Origin: a virus
IMG/VR virus record: IMGVR_UViG_3300045988_173665
Location: 1 to 51,439 of that record
Length of the DNA stretch: 51,439 nt
Direction: 5' to 3' (one strand)
The notes beneath the pieces are model-generated. The model made no database searches. It saw nothing but the letters and a program-made list of their open reading frames with translations, and was not told the origin of the DNA. Shown here piece by piece: positions 27,944-38,319 of this stretch (its first letter is position 1; every line of letters begins with the position of its first letter). Both the position numbers and the translations under genes were made by a program.

Positions 27944-28672
27944 ATGGGCAGAAGTTTTAGAGAATTTAAAGAGCATAATGTTCGTGCTGGTTTAGGTACA
28001 GCGTTATGTTATAGATTATCAAGCGAAACAAAATATCATATTTTAGCACCAGTAGAAAGTTTACCAGCGGTTTTTGGTACACCAGATACAATTGAATACT
28101 CTTCAACTACTAATAGAAACGTTACAAATGTAATGGGCAAAAATAGTACTGAAACAGTTGAAATTAATTTGCCTTATAATCTTGACTATATCGCTATATG
28201 CGATAATATCAACGATTTAGAAGTTAATTTTGCATATATTGATTTAGATGATTTTTCTGGTCAAGAATTTACAGGTAAACCTAGATACCATTTAGCAGAT
28301 GTTGGAACTTCAGATATTAAAACAATCGTATTATCAATTGCTGTAACAAACGCAAACGAATACATTACTGAAGACTTATATGATAGCTTCCAAGATACTG
28401 TTTCAATTTTATCACCTATTCCTGCTAGTATTGAACTTTTATCAACAAATACAACAGGCATTGCTATAAACTTTTTAACTGATCCAAGCGATGCAACTTT
28501 GGATGTTTCAAGCAATAATACTGATGTTTTGATTGAAAAAGGTAGCAAAAGCATAACAATTAAAGCAAGTGCTTCAGCAACAGCTGGTAGTGCTATTGTT
28601 ACTATTGTAGCAAAGAAGGATAATTATGCACCTAACCAAAGAAGAATAAAAGTTTTGGTTGTTGGTGCTTAA
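27944..28672 (+). CDS. major tail protein with a C-terminal Ig-like (Big_2-type) domain
   Basis: Position before the chaperone/tape-measure genes. The C-terminal ~90 aa, rich in T/S/A/I, are typical of Ig-like decorations of siphovirus major tail proteins. Confidence 0.55.
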   Translation: MGRSFREFKEHNVRAGLGTALCYRLSSETKYHILAPVESLPAVFGTPDTIEYSSTTNRNVTNVMGKNSTETVEINLPYNLDYIAICDNINDLEVNFAYIDLDDFSGQEFTGKPRYHLADVGTSDIKTIVLSIAVTNANEYITEDLYDSFQDTVSILSPIPASIELLSTNTTGIAINFLTDPSDATLDVSSNNTDVLIEKGSKSITIKASASATAGSAIVTIVAKKDNYAPNQRRIKVLVVGA

Positions 28673-28698
28673 AAAAATAATTTGAAAGGAATATAAAA

Positions 28699-29088
28699 AT
28701 GAGACCATACATTGAAGATAGAGAAGGAAATAAATATGAGTTCCGCAGATTAACTAGAAGAGAAAAAATTAATCTAGTTAAAAATGCAAGCGAAATTGAA
28801 AAAGCTAGTGATGAGAAAAAGATTGAATTAACTGATGAATTACTTTATACAATACTTCAAACTGTTTCAAGTGTAGACCACGAGAAATTTGAAGATATAT
28901 TAGACTATAATGAAGAAATTTATGGTTTTGAACAAGTAATAGAATTAGAAACAGCAATCATTAGTTGGGTTTTTACTCAAGCAGGTGGGGAAACAATCAA
29001 AGTTCATCCTTACCTAGAGGAAATGAAGAAGAAGGAAGAAGTAGAACAACCAACGACACCAATTCAATACGATTCAATCGAAATTTAA
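28699..29088 (+). CDS. tail assembly chaperone (G-like)
   Basis: Position, plus an overlap with the -1 frame ORF downstream. Confidence 0.5.
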   Translation: MRPYIEDREGNKYEFRRLTRREKINLVKNASEIEKASDEKKIELTDELLYTILQTVSSVDHEKFEDILDYNEEIYGFEQVIELETAIISWVFTQAGGETIKVHPYLEEMKKKEEVEQPTTPIQYDSIEI

Positions 29089-29498
29089 ACATTTTAAACG
29101 ACAAGTATGGTGGTGATTTGGAGCATTTTTATTTTTGCGAAGAATTACCACTAGCTTTAGAATATGGAATGACACCACATGAGTATTGGGATGAAGATGA
29201 GGATTTATTTTTAGCATATCAAAAAGCGTATTACAATCGATTACACAAACAAGCATATTTGCAAGGCTTGTATAATTATGATGCACAAGTAACAGCTTTA
29301 GCCAATGCTATGAGAGACCCAAAGAAAACACCAAAGCCATATGAATATCATTCCAAAGATGTTTACAATCCTTTCAACGAAGAAAATAATAAGCCAAAAG
29401 GTTATATTAATACTATTGATAATACTGAAAATAATAATAAGTTATATAGTATTAAAAAAATAGCCGAAGAAAGGAGAAAACAACAAAATGCCAGTTGA
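28965..29498 (+). CDS. tail assembly chaperone frameshift extension (GT-like). Probably expressed by a programmed -1 frameshift from 28699
   Basis: The ORF is in the -1 frame relative to the upstream chaperone and opens right after a stop at 28962. I could not pin down the slippery site. Confidence 0.4.
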   Translation: MGFYSSRWGNNQSSSLPRGNEEEGRSRTTNDTNSIRFNRNLNILNDKYGGDLEHFYFCEELPLALEYGMTPHEYWDEDEDLFLAYQKAYYNRLHKQAYLQGLYNYDAQVTALANAMRDPKKTPKPYEYHSKDVYNPFNEENNKPKGYINTIDNTENNNKLYSIKKIAEERRKQQNAS

Positions 29499-32034
29499 TT
29501 ACACATTAGGCAATTTAGTAGTTAATACACAAGTAAAAGATGCAAATGGTTCGATACAATCGCTTAAAGGGCTAACCACAGCACTAAACTATTTAAACAA
29601 CGCAATGAAAAAAGTTGCGAAGTCAAACGTAGATTTAGACCAAACAGGCAAAAAGTTTGAGGGTTTAACAAAAGCGATTCAACCATTTACAAGTGAATTA
29701 AGAAAATCAGAAAGTGCTTGCAAGGCATTTACAAATGCAATCAAAGTTTTAAACAAACAAAAAGTAAGCACTTCAAGTATAGAAAAGGCAAGTGCAAGTT
29801 TAAAAACGGCACAAGTAAGATTACAACAAATCAATGGCACGGCTAATCAAACACAAAACATTTTTGATAGTCTTACCAAAAGTAAAATATTTAATTTAGG
29901 TAAAATATACGCTATATATAATTATACCAAAAGATTTACCTCACAACTTTCAAATGCGGTTGATTATGCTGTAAACTTTGAAGAAACTTTAAATAAGTTC
30001 CAAGTTTCAATGGGCGACCAATACTCAAAGTCATTAAAGTTTGTTGGCAATATAACACGTGCTTTCAACTTATCGACTGAAAGTATAATGAACTATCAAT
30101 CAACATTTAAAAACATGTTAGATAGCTTGGGTGGTTTATCAAGCGATGTTACTTACAAATTAAGTGAAACAATCACACGAATGGCGATTGACTATGGTTC
30201 ACTGTTTAATGTTCCAATCCAAAAATCAATGGAACAATTTCAACAAGTGTTAAGTGGTCAAATTAGAACAATACGTACTGTTGCGGGTTATGATGTTAGT
30301 GAAACCTCTTTGTATAGTATTTACAAAGAAATTGGTGGCACAAAAACTATGAGGCAATTAGATCAAAACGAAAAACGTTTATTAAGAATAATTGCTTTAC
30401 AAAAACAAATGCAACGAACTGGTGCGGTTGGCGATTTTGAAAAGACTTTAAGCAATACAGCCAACATTTTAAAACAAATTCAAGAAACAACCAAAGAAAT
30501 ACTTACTTTGTTTGGTAGATTGTTTTTGGGTTCAGTTGGAAACCTTTCAGAAAAAGTACTTGGTGCGACAATAGCATTAAGAGATTTCTTAAATTATTTA
30601 AACAAAATAAAAGGTTATGAATATCAAGATTTTACTAAAAATGCAAGTGGTGGTTTAATAGGTGGAGTTACTGAAAGTGCCGAAGAAGCCACTGATGCCG
30701 TAACCGAATTAAAGAGAAGTTTATTAGGCTTTGATAAATTAAACATTTTATCTAGCACAAGTTCTAATACTAAAACAGCCGTAAATGATTATTCTTTCTT
30801 GACAAGCAAAATTGGCGAATATGAAGAATTAATTCAAAAAGTAAGCAATGGTTCACAAAAGGTAGCCGACAATATACTTAATTGGTTAGGATACACAAGA
30901 AAAGAAAATGGTGAAATTGAAAAGACTTCAGGTGCGATTAATCGTTTAGCTGGAATGTTAAATGTTTTAAAAGTTGCATTTACAAGTTTAATTTCAATTA
31001 TAACATTTAAAAAAGGTGTTGGAATATTTAAATTTTTTAAAGGGCTTCCTGAAAATTTGAAAAAAGTAATGTCCTCAATAACTGGTAAAACTGACATACC
31101 TAATTTGAAGAATATTAAAAAAGTAAAAGATATTTTTACAGCATTTAGTGGTGTTGTTGAAAAACCTGCAAAAGTTGGAATATTTTCAGCTTTATCAAAA
31201 TCAAAAGTATTTTCAGCAATATCAAAACCAGGGCAAATGTTAGGGCAATTTATAAAATTGTTGCCAAAATCATTGGTAATAATAGGAACGATTGCAACGC
31301 TATTTGCGACATTATTTATCAATAGTGAAGAGTTTAGAACTTCAATTATGAATTTGATCAAGTCAATAGCAAATTTAGCTTCAAGTATAACATCAGTATT
31401 AACACCTGTGCTAACACCAGTCATTAAGTTTTTGGGTGAGGGTTTAGCATTAGTAATAAATATTATTGCAAAAGTAATTGATTTTATTTCAAAGAGCAAA
31501 GCACTTTCAACAGTGTTAGGTTTATTATTAGCAAGTATTATAGCAATAAATATAGCAACTTCAGTTAGCCCTTTGACTTGGATTATACTTGGAATTACAA
31601 CTGTTATAGCTTTGATAGCAAAATTAATCGAAGCAATAGCGAAGTTATTTGCCGAAGGGAAAGTAAAAACTTTCTTTAAAAATTTATTTAGTAGAGAAAA
31701 TAGCAATGGTGGTGGTCGAGGTACAAGCACAAGTTCTTACACACCTTTAGCAAGTGGTGGTGTTATTACAAGACCTACACCAGCATTGGTTGGTGAATAT
31801 TCAGGTGCTAGAAATAACCCTGAAATTGTATCGCCAGAAAATAAAATGCGTGAAGTATTTGTTCAAGCATCATTACCAATTGCACAAGCAATATTAAATA
31901 GCAATCAAAAAGTCATAGATGCAATAGATGATTTAAGCGATAGACCAATCGAATTAAATGGTCGAAAAGTAAGTGAAAGTATTTTTAAAGACTTACAAAA
32001 CGAAGCAACACGCAGAGGTAAGAAATTTGCGTAG
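29488..32034 (+). CDS. tape measure protein
   Basis: 848 aa, alpha-helical N-terminus, central hydrophobic segments, position after the chaperone pair. Confidence 0.85.
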   Translation: MPVDYTLGNLVVNTQVKDANGSIQSLKGLTTALNYLNNAMKKVAKSNVDLDQTGKKFEGLTKAIQPFTSELRKSESACKAFTNAIKVLNKQKVSTSSIEKASASLKTAQVRLQQINGTANQTQNIFDSLTKSKIFNLGKIYAIYNYTKRFTSQLSNAVDYAVNFEETLNKFQVSMGDQYSKSLKFVGNITRAFNLSTESIMNYQSTFKNMLDSLGGLSSDVTYKLSETITRMAIDYGSLFNVPIQKSMEQFQQVLSGQIRTIRTVAGYDVSETSLYSIYKEIGGTKTMRQLDQNEKRLLRIIALQKQMQRTGAVGDFEKTLSNTANILKQIQETTKEILTLFGRLFLGSVGNLSEKVLGATIALRDFLNYLNKIKGYEYQDFTKNASGGLIGGVTESAEEATDAVTELKRSLLGFDKLNILSSTSSNTKTAVNDYSFLTSKIGEYEELIQKVSNGSQKVADNILNWLGYTRKENGEIEKTSGAINRLAGMLNVLKVAFTSLISIITFKKGVGIFKFFKGLPENLKKVMSSITGKTDIPNLKNIKKVKDIFTAFSGVVEKPAKVGIFSALSKSKVFSAISKPGQMLGQFIKLLPKSLVIIGTIATLFATLFINSEEFRTSIMNLIKSIANLASSITSVLTPVLTPVIKFLGEGLALVINIIAKVIDFISKSKALSTVLGLLLASIIAINIATSVSPLTWIILGITTVIALIAKLIEAIAKLFAEGKVKTFFKNLFSRENSNGGGRGTSTSSYTPLASGGVITRPTPALVGEYSGARNNPEIVSPENKMREVFVQASLPIAQAILNSNQKVIDAIDDLSDRPIELNGRKVSESIFKDLQNEATRRGKKFA

Positions 32035-32046
32035 AAAGGAGCAATT

Positions 32047-34314
32047 ATGCCAACAATTTTAAAAATATATACTTTTGATGAAAATGGTTTTGCAAAAACG
32101 GTTATTGCTCCTGCTTGCACTAAATATCAAGTATCATATGCGGATGTTGACAAAGAGGGTAGTGGTAGAAACCCATTAACTGGTGAAATGTATCGTGAGC
32201 GAATAGGCTCATACATAAAGTTAGATTTAACATGGGATTTGATACCAGGAACAACAGAATATCAAAATTGGTATAAGACTTTAACGAGCCTACCGAAAAG
32301 TTTTGAGGCGGAATATTTAGACCCATCCTCAAATGAATTAGTTAAGAAAAAATTTTATAGGACTGATATTCAAACGGAGTTATACCTATTTGTCGATGAG
32401 AATTGCAACATATGGAGAGGATTATCAACATCGTTTGTACAAAACGATGTTTCTTCTTTTTCTTGGGAGGGTGTATCGAGAAAAGTATTTTATTTAGGTA
32501 ATAAAAGAGGTATAGGAAGAGAAGTTGTAGTAACGAATAAGCAAAGTTTTAGCAACCTGGATTTGATAAAAAGTGGTGAAACTAAAGATATTGAAGAATA
32601 CAATGAAGAATTTTATGAGCCAACATATTCAGACTATTTTATATCGTGTGAAGAAAAACGTGTTAAATTAGATGGCACTTTTAAATTCCTAGACAAATCA
32701 TATTCAACAACTGATGGTGTTAAAAATAGCCCTATATTTTGGTGGACTACTTGGATGTGCAATAAAGATACTGGTGAATTTAATTCACACCCTAGACTTG
32801 TAATTAAAGGCACACCATTGTCTGCAAGTTATTACACAATAGTTTTTGGTGAAATAGCAACAAATTTTAAAATCGAGTGTTATACCGAAAACGATAACAA
32901 CGAAGAAGTTTTAGACAGAACTATAAGTGTTGAAAATAACGGCGAAAAAGAGTATATTTTTGAAACTTTAAAAACTTACGTAAAATTTATCATTGAAATA
33001 ATAAAAATCGATAATTCAGTTGTTTTTGAGGGCGAAACGCAAAAATATCAAAGGTTTGCAAAAGTAAATACAATTTATAGTGGTGTGTTTAAGAATCTTA
33101 ACAAAATTATAACCGATTATGAGATTACACAAGAGTTTAGTGCTGATAATTCAGAATTTAATTCAAATGTACTTTCATTGAAATTAAGAGATGTTAATAA
33201 TGAATACGACCCTCAAAACGCAAATAACAAATTAAGTTATTTTAAAAATCAGCCAATTTCAGTTGATGTTTATGTTAAAAACAGAGATGGTGATGGATTT
33301 GGCAATGAAGTAATTACAAATCCTTTAGTAAAAACTTTCAAATTTAACTCAAGAAACAATGTTTATAATTGGGAAAATCAAGTATTAAGTGTTACTAATT
33401 ATTCAGATACTTACAATTTAGTTTATGCAAATGAAGATGAAACACCACAATTTGGTGATAATGCGAAAACATTGTCAGGTTGGTTAGGACTTTTAAATCG
33501 AAATTCTGGCTTAAGTGGTTTTAGAAATGCAATTGCTTTTGAAGACCTTGATAGTGGGGACAATCTCAAAGAAGATTACACTAACAATGCAATAACTTTA
33601 AAAGGTTATATTCCAAATCAAAGTTCATATAACGAAGCTTTAAGAATGTTAGTTGAAGCATCTTATGCATCACAAAAAAACACTACCACAGGACAATATC
33701 GTAATAAAATGGTTTTAATTGACTACAACGAGCAAAAATTATTATTTAAAACACAACTATTGGAGAATAATCTAAAATTTTATGGAGAACAAACAATAGT
33801 TAACGATTATTTTGTAGATAATACATTTAAAATAACAAGAAATTATATATTTGAAGAAAGTTTTCAAGAAGCAAAACCAAAAAATTATACTGTTAAAATT
33901 TACACGTATCAAAATGTTCAAGAAGTTACTGGAAAAGATGAGAAAGGCAATGACATAGTAACAAGTAAAATTGAAACGACAACTTATGATAAATCTTACA
34001 CTATATCAAATGATGACTATGAAAATGAAACAGTCGATAATCCGTTTATTACTTCAAATTTTATGGAAGACCCTGTTAATTGGTCAAAAGAAACTTCGAC
34101 AATTGCCGACAGATTGGTTGGTTATAGGCAACATATAGATAGTTTAAATACATTTAACTTTAAAACTAATTTTAATGGTGGTATAATAGAACCAGGGCAT
34201 ACTTATTTGTACGAAAGCAAATATGGTAATACCAAAAAAGTCGTTATTACAAAAGTAATTTTAAATGGAACTTCCTTTGCAGAAGTTGTAGCGAAAGAAA
34301 TTATGGAGGATTAA
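32047..34314 (+). CDS. distal tail / tail-tip protein with a large C-terminal extension
   Basis: Directly follows the tape-measure gene. The N-terminal ~150 aa resemble siphovirus distal-tail-protein starts. Confidence 0.45.
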   Translation: MPTILKIYTFDENGFAKTVIAPACTKYQVSYADVDKEGSGRNPLTGEMYRERIGSYIKLDLTWDLIPGTTEYQNWYKTLTSLPKSFEAEYLDPSSNELVKKKFYRTDIQTELYLFVDENCNIWRGLSTSFVQNDVSSFSWEGVSRKVFYLGNKRGIGREVVVTNKQSFSNLDLIKSGETKDIEEYNEEFYEPTYSDYFISCEEKRVKLDGTFKFLDKSYSTTDGVKNSPIFWWTTWMCNKDTGEFNSHPRLVIKGTPLSASYYTIVFGEIATNFKIECYTENDNNEEVLDRTISVENNGEKEYIFETLKTYVKFIIEIIKIDNSVVFEGETQKYQRFAKVNTIYSGVFKNLNKIITDYEITQEFSADNSEFNSNVLSLKLRDVNNEYDPQNANNKLSYFKNQPISVDVYVKNRDGDGFGNEVITNPLVKTFKFNSRNNVYNWENQVLSVTNYSDTYNLVYANEDETPQFGDNAKTLSGWLGLLNRNSGLSGFRNAIAFEDLDSGDNLKEDYTNNAITLKGYIPNQSSYNEALRMLVEASYASQKNTTTGQYRNKMVLIDYNEQKLLFKTQLLENNLKFYGEQTIVNDYFVDNTFKITRNYIFEESFQEAKPKNYTVKIYTYQNVQEVTGKDEKGNDIVTSKIETTTYDKSYTISNDDYENETVDNPFITSNFMEDPVNWSKETSTIADRLVGYRQHIDSLNTFNFKTNFNGGIIEPGHTYLYESKYGNTKKVVITKVILNGTSFAEVVAKEIMED

Positions 34315-34316
34315 TT

Positions 34317-34676
34317 ATGAAAGTTTGGCAACCAACTGATTATTATGATGTAGCAACCGAATTTACGAGAATATCAACGTTTATTTTTGATATTGGTGGT
34401 AGGTTAGGTGTTTATGATTTATTAAATAAATATACTTGGTCAACATCAGATATACCTTATTATGAAGATTACAAGAAAATAATTGAATCCTTAAATATTT
34501 TGTTGCAAAAAACACACGCTAATAAAACTTTTGGGTATTTGACACCAGAGAAAAATTTTAGTTATATCAATGCAAACAAGATAGAGCAAGCAATGGCAGA
34601 AATAGAGAGAAAGTTATGGAGTTTTGACATAACTGGTAAAAAGATTTTGGGTAATAATTCCAAAATAATCACTTAA
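34317..34676 (+). CDS. hypothetical tail-associated protein
   Basis: ORF within the tail module. Confidence 0.4.
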   Translation: MKVWQPTDYYDVATEFTRISTFIFDIGGRLGVYDLLNKYTWSTSDIPYYEDYKKIIESLNILLQKTHANKTFGYLTPEKNFSYINANKIEQAMAEIERKLWSFDITGKKILGNNSKIIT

Positions 34677-34695
34677 AGAAAGAGGTGATAAATAA

Positions 34696-35274
34696 ATGAG
34701 TAAATTAGAATTAACCTTCACTGATGAAGTGGGGACAAATTTAAATCAATACAAAATGAAAAGAAATGTTGGCACGGCAAGTGAAACAGAAGAAGTTATA
34801 CAGCTTGAACGTGATGCTAATATAACAACTCAAGGCACAATAATCAATGCGGATAAGTTAAATAAAATGGTTTCAGCTATCAACGAACCAATTAGTTCAT
34901 TGTTTACAACTATTTACGAGGAAACTCAAAGCTCAAAATTTTTGCCTTTAAATAAAGAAATAAATTTTGCTTTAATTAATTCAAAAGACTCTACACCATT
35001 AACATTTAGCAAATTTTCATGTTTATTTGTGTTTAGATTTTATTTTATGGGTACTGATAATATACGAAGATATGCAAGTGTTACTATTGGAACAGTATCA
35101 TCTTATTTGTTTGAACATTCTGAAATAGTACAAATTTATGATAGTTTTGCAGAAACAACTCAAAAAGTTAAGATTTTGCTTAATAAATCAAATAATACAA
35201 TAACAATTACTAATTTAACTAATAGTAATACAACTACAAATGGTTTATATATAGAAAGTATAATAGGTGCATAA
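34696..35274 (+). CDS. hypothetical tail-associated protein
   Basis: ORF with RBS AGAGGTG. Confidence 0.4.
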   Translation: MSKLELTFTDEVGTNLNQYKMKRNVGTASETEEVIQLERDANITTQGTIINADKLNKMVSAINEPISSLFTTIYEETQSSKFLPLNKEINFALINSKDSTPLTFSKFSCLFVFRFYFMGTDNIRRYASVTIGTVSSYLFEHSEIVQIYDSFAETTQKVKILLNKSNNTITITNLTNSNTTTNGLYIESIIGA

Positions 35275-35276
35275 TT

Positions 35277-35645
35277 ATGGGAATTGTATGTAGATGTGAA
35301 AGTAATATAGTTCCAGTAGCCAACGAATCTCCAAGAGTTTGTTGTGGCACAATAAAATGGTATATGAACGATACCTTTTCATTCGATTTTATTATTAATT
35401 TAACAGATGAAAATGGCAATCCTATTGAGTTGCTTGACACCGATAAATTTGTTGTTGATTTTTACAATAGTGCAGGGGACTTAATACAAAGTTTTGAAAC
35501 TGTTGGTAGTTCAACGATAACTTTAAATTTTACTAAAGAAATTAGTGCAAAGTTTAAAAAGGGCGAATATTTTTATACAACTAAATACGAGAGTGGTTCA
35601 ATAGCACGAACAATAATGCATAATAATATGGTTGTTGTTGAATAG
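35277..35645 (+). CDS. hypothetical tail-associated protein
   Basis: ORF. Confidence 0.4.
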   Translation: MGIVCRCESNIVPVANESPRVCCGTIKWYMNDTFSFDFIINLTDENGNPIELLDTDKFVVDFYNSAGDLIQSFETVGSSTITLNFTKEISAKFKKGEYFYTTKYESGSIARTIMHNNMVVVE

Positions 35646-35658
35646 GTGGTGATAGCCT

Positions 35659-36081
35659 ATGAGAGTCAACGTATGCAAAAAAATTGATGAGGGTATAAAG
35701 ACTACACTTGATGTTGTATTAGAAGATAAAACAATTAATCTTGAATGCAAAGGTATAGTTGTAGGTGGTGTTACTAATGATCATGCGAGATTAGTAAACC
35801 TTGACTATGAACACAGCGGACACATTGGTTTTGCTAGTGAGAAACAATTAAACTTGCTAGAAGAAAATGTTGTTCCAAGAAGATTAAACGTTTTCCCAAA
35901 TATAGATGTTAATATAGATAGAAGTAAACAATTTATATATGTTAACGAAAATGATACTGAAAGTAAAAAGGTAAGTATTCGAGAATTGAACTCTTACATT
36001 TTACGAAATGGTGATAGTGTTCCAACCGATATGCAAGTTGGAGAATATTTATTGTTAAATATGAAGAAAGGAAATATTTAA
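35659..36081 (+). CDS. hypothetical tail-associated protein
   Basis: ORF. Confidence 0.4.
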   Translation: MRVNVCKKIDEGIKTTLDVVLEDKTINLECKGIVVGGVTNDHARLVNLDYEHSGHIGFASEKQLNLLEENVVPRRLNVFPNIDVNIDRSKQFIYVNENDTESKKVSIRELNSYILRNGDSVPTDMQVGEYLLLNMKKGNI

Positions 36082-36083
36082 AA

Positions 36084-37454
36084 ATGGCATATGAAATTTT
36101 AAGCGATAAGAAAAAAACGCAAGTTACACAATTAGTCAACACTGCTGATGGTTTAAAATTGCAACAATATTACCCAGAAACAACAGCTGAAGTTACAAAC
36201 ATTAAAGCAATTGATGGGGTTACTGGTACAAACGTTCAACAAGCATTAGAAAGCATTCAAGGTAATATTAATGATATTACTGGTGGTGGTACTGTTACAA
36301 ACGTTAATGGTGTTAAAGGTGCGGTAAATATTGCAGAAGGTACAAATATTGGTGTTACAGTTTCAGGGCAAAATATTACTATTTCAACACCAGCTGAAGA
36401 AAACGTAATTAATGAAGTGCAATTAAATGGCACAAAAATTACGCCAACGGGCAAAAAAGTTAATGTTCAAGTTACAAAATCAACTGTTGGTTTAAACAAT
36501 GTTAATAACGTGGCAATTACACAAACACAAGTTGACCAAATTGGCACAAATACTGAAAACATTACTAAAGCACAAACAAAAGCAGACCAAGCGTATGCAT
36601 TAGCCGAAGGTCGCTCTTCAGCTTATTCTTTTGCGACTTATAATGCTATGGTTACATCTTTAAAAACCGCTCCAAAAAATCAATATAGAATAGGCGATAG
36701 TTTATACATTAAAGAGGATGGTGTCCTTGATTACTGGGTTAGTGATATATTATCAACAAACACAGGTACATATGGTTACTATGAACTTTTGCCATTAGAA
36801 GGTAAAGTTGATTTAACTGATTATCAAACGAAAAATTTAGTAACACCGATTAATGTTGGTGGCACTACTAAAACAACTGTTGAAAGTGCATTGCAAGCTA
36901 TTAATACTTTAGCAGGCACAAATAAAACTGATATTCAAAATTTAGATGGTGCTTTAGGCACAGTTCAAGAAAATGTAACTAAAATTTTAAATGGTGAAAC
37001 AGAAGTTCCAAAAGCAGCCGAAGCTACAAAAGCAACAAATGTAGATTTAGCCGTAACTGTTACACCAGATACAACAAATGGCGATAAAGTAAGCATTGGT
37101 GCTGGCACTGGCAAAAAAGCAGAATTTAATGTTGTTAATGCAAAAAAATCAGCAACTTCTGGCAAACTAACAACTGCAAGAAAGATAACTGTTAATGTTA
37201 ATAGTGGTAAGAAGTCAAATAATACTACAGATATTTCAGGTACTGGAAACGCAACTTTTGATGGTTCTGCTGACAAATCTATTAATGTTGAATTAGGTGC
37301 AAGTGGTGTAGCTGCTGGTGCTTATAGTGCGGTACAAGTTAATGCAAAAGGTATTGTTACTGGTGGTGGAAACATTGTTGAATTTGACACAGGCACAGGA
37401 CAACCAAGTACAAATTTAGCCGTTGGTGGTTTATTCTTTAAAATAATTAGTTAG
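36084..37454 (+). CDS. tail fibre / receptor-binding protein (candidate)
   Basis: 456 aa, rich in Gly/Thr/Asn/Val repeats (GVTGTNV..., GGGTVTNVNGV...). Confidence 0.5.
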   Translation: MAYEILSDKKKTQVTQLVNTADGLKLQQYYPETTAEVTNIKAIDGVTGTNVQQALESIQGNINDITGGGTVTNVNGVKGAVNIAEGTNIGVTVSGQNITISTPAEENVINEVQLNGTKITPTGKKVNVQVTKSTVGLNNVNNVAITQTQVDQIGTNTENITKAQTKADQAYALAEGRSSAYSFATYNAMVTSLKTAPKNQYRIGDSLYIKEDGVLDYWVSDILSTNTGTYGYYELLPLEGKVDLTDYQTKNLVTPINVGGTTKTTVESALQAINTLAGTNKTDIQNLDGALGTVQENVTKILNGETEVPKAAEATKATNVDLAVTVTPDTTNGDKVSIGAGTGKKAEFNVVNAKKSATSGKLTTARKITVNVNSGKKSNNTTDISGTGNATFDGSADKSINVELGASGVAAGAYSAVQVNAKGIVTGGGNIVEFDTGTGQPSTNLAVGGLFFKIIS

Positions 37455-37478
37455 AAACTTGAAAGGGGAGTTTTAATT

Positions 37479-38216
37479 ATGGCAAAATATCAATTACAAA
37501 AAAAATTAGCGAATGGCACAATGGAAGATATACCAATAACAAGTGTTAACGATGTGGCTGATATTAATGTAATTGTGGATGATTATACAGAGGTAGATTT
37601 AATAAATAAAAATGGTAATACTTTAGCTGCAATACCTTTTAGAAAAATCAATGGTCAAAGTATTATTGGAAAAGACCCTTTAACTATTAGTGGTGGTGGA
37701 GCAAGCCATCCAGTTTATACTGAAGCAAATACTGACAAATGGGCTATGCTTGGCAATGGTACTACTGATAATTGTAAGTTTAAATTTACTGGTGAAAGCG
37801 GTAGTAGATATTATTTTGATTTAGGAAATTGCGGACAATTTCAAGGTGCAATGCTTGAATTGGAAATTGTAAATACTGATGTTGAAGTAATATTTTATAG
37901 CACAATCACTGACCAAACATGGTATGACCATCAAATTAATGGTAGTCCAAATGCTGTATGTCTAACAAATAGCAAATTAATGTTAGTAACTTTTGATGAA
38001 ATAGCAAGAAGCAGATTATTTTTAACATTAGCAGGGCAAGATGAATCAATTTCAAATACATTAGCATATGGTGAGGCTGAACAAAGTATTAATGTAAATA
38101 TAGGTTCTGGAGCTCCTTCACAAGCCAGTTGTTATGCAAATGGTTTGATTATATCTATGCGTAAAGATGATGTTGGAATATTGCACGTAAATATTGGTGG
38201 ACAATATGAGATTTAA
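37479..38216 (+). CDS. second fibre / receptor-binding-related protein (candidate)
   Basis: Position; RBS GGGGAG. Confidence 0.35.
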   Translation: MAKYQLQKKLANGTMEDIPITSVNDVADINVIVDDYTEVDLINKNGNTLAAIPFRKINGQSIIGKDPLTISGGGASHPVYTEANTDKWAMLGNGTTDNCKFKFTGESGSRYYFDLGNCGQFQGAMLELEIVNTDVEVIFYSTITDQTWYDHQINGSPNAVCLTNSKLMLVTFDEIARSRLFLTLAGQDESISNTLAYGEAEQSINVNIGSGAPSQASCYANGLIISMRKDDVGILHVNIGGQYEI

Positions 38217-38273
38217 AATAGGTCTAATTTTTATATTGTAATCAGAAAAAAATAACAAATTTTGTAAAAATGC

Positions 38274-38302
38274 TTGACAACGCAAATAATGTTTGCTATA
38301 AT
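38274..38302 (+). promoter_or_regulatory. promoter TTGACA, 17 nt, TGcTATAAT
   Basis: Consensus match. Confidence 0.6.
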
Positions 38303-38319
38303 TAAGGCGGATTTTGGAA

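Noticed and set aside
30834-31730. 298-aa minus-strand ORF inside the tape-measure gene, plus other minus-strand ORFs (558..806, 1531..1926, 8378..8797, 14759..14989, 36965..37276 and others)
   Set aside because: All lie antisense within well-supported + strand genes. They have low-complexity hydrophobic translations typical of AT-rich antisense frames, and no RBS or promoter context.
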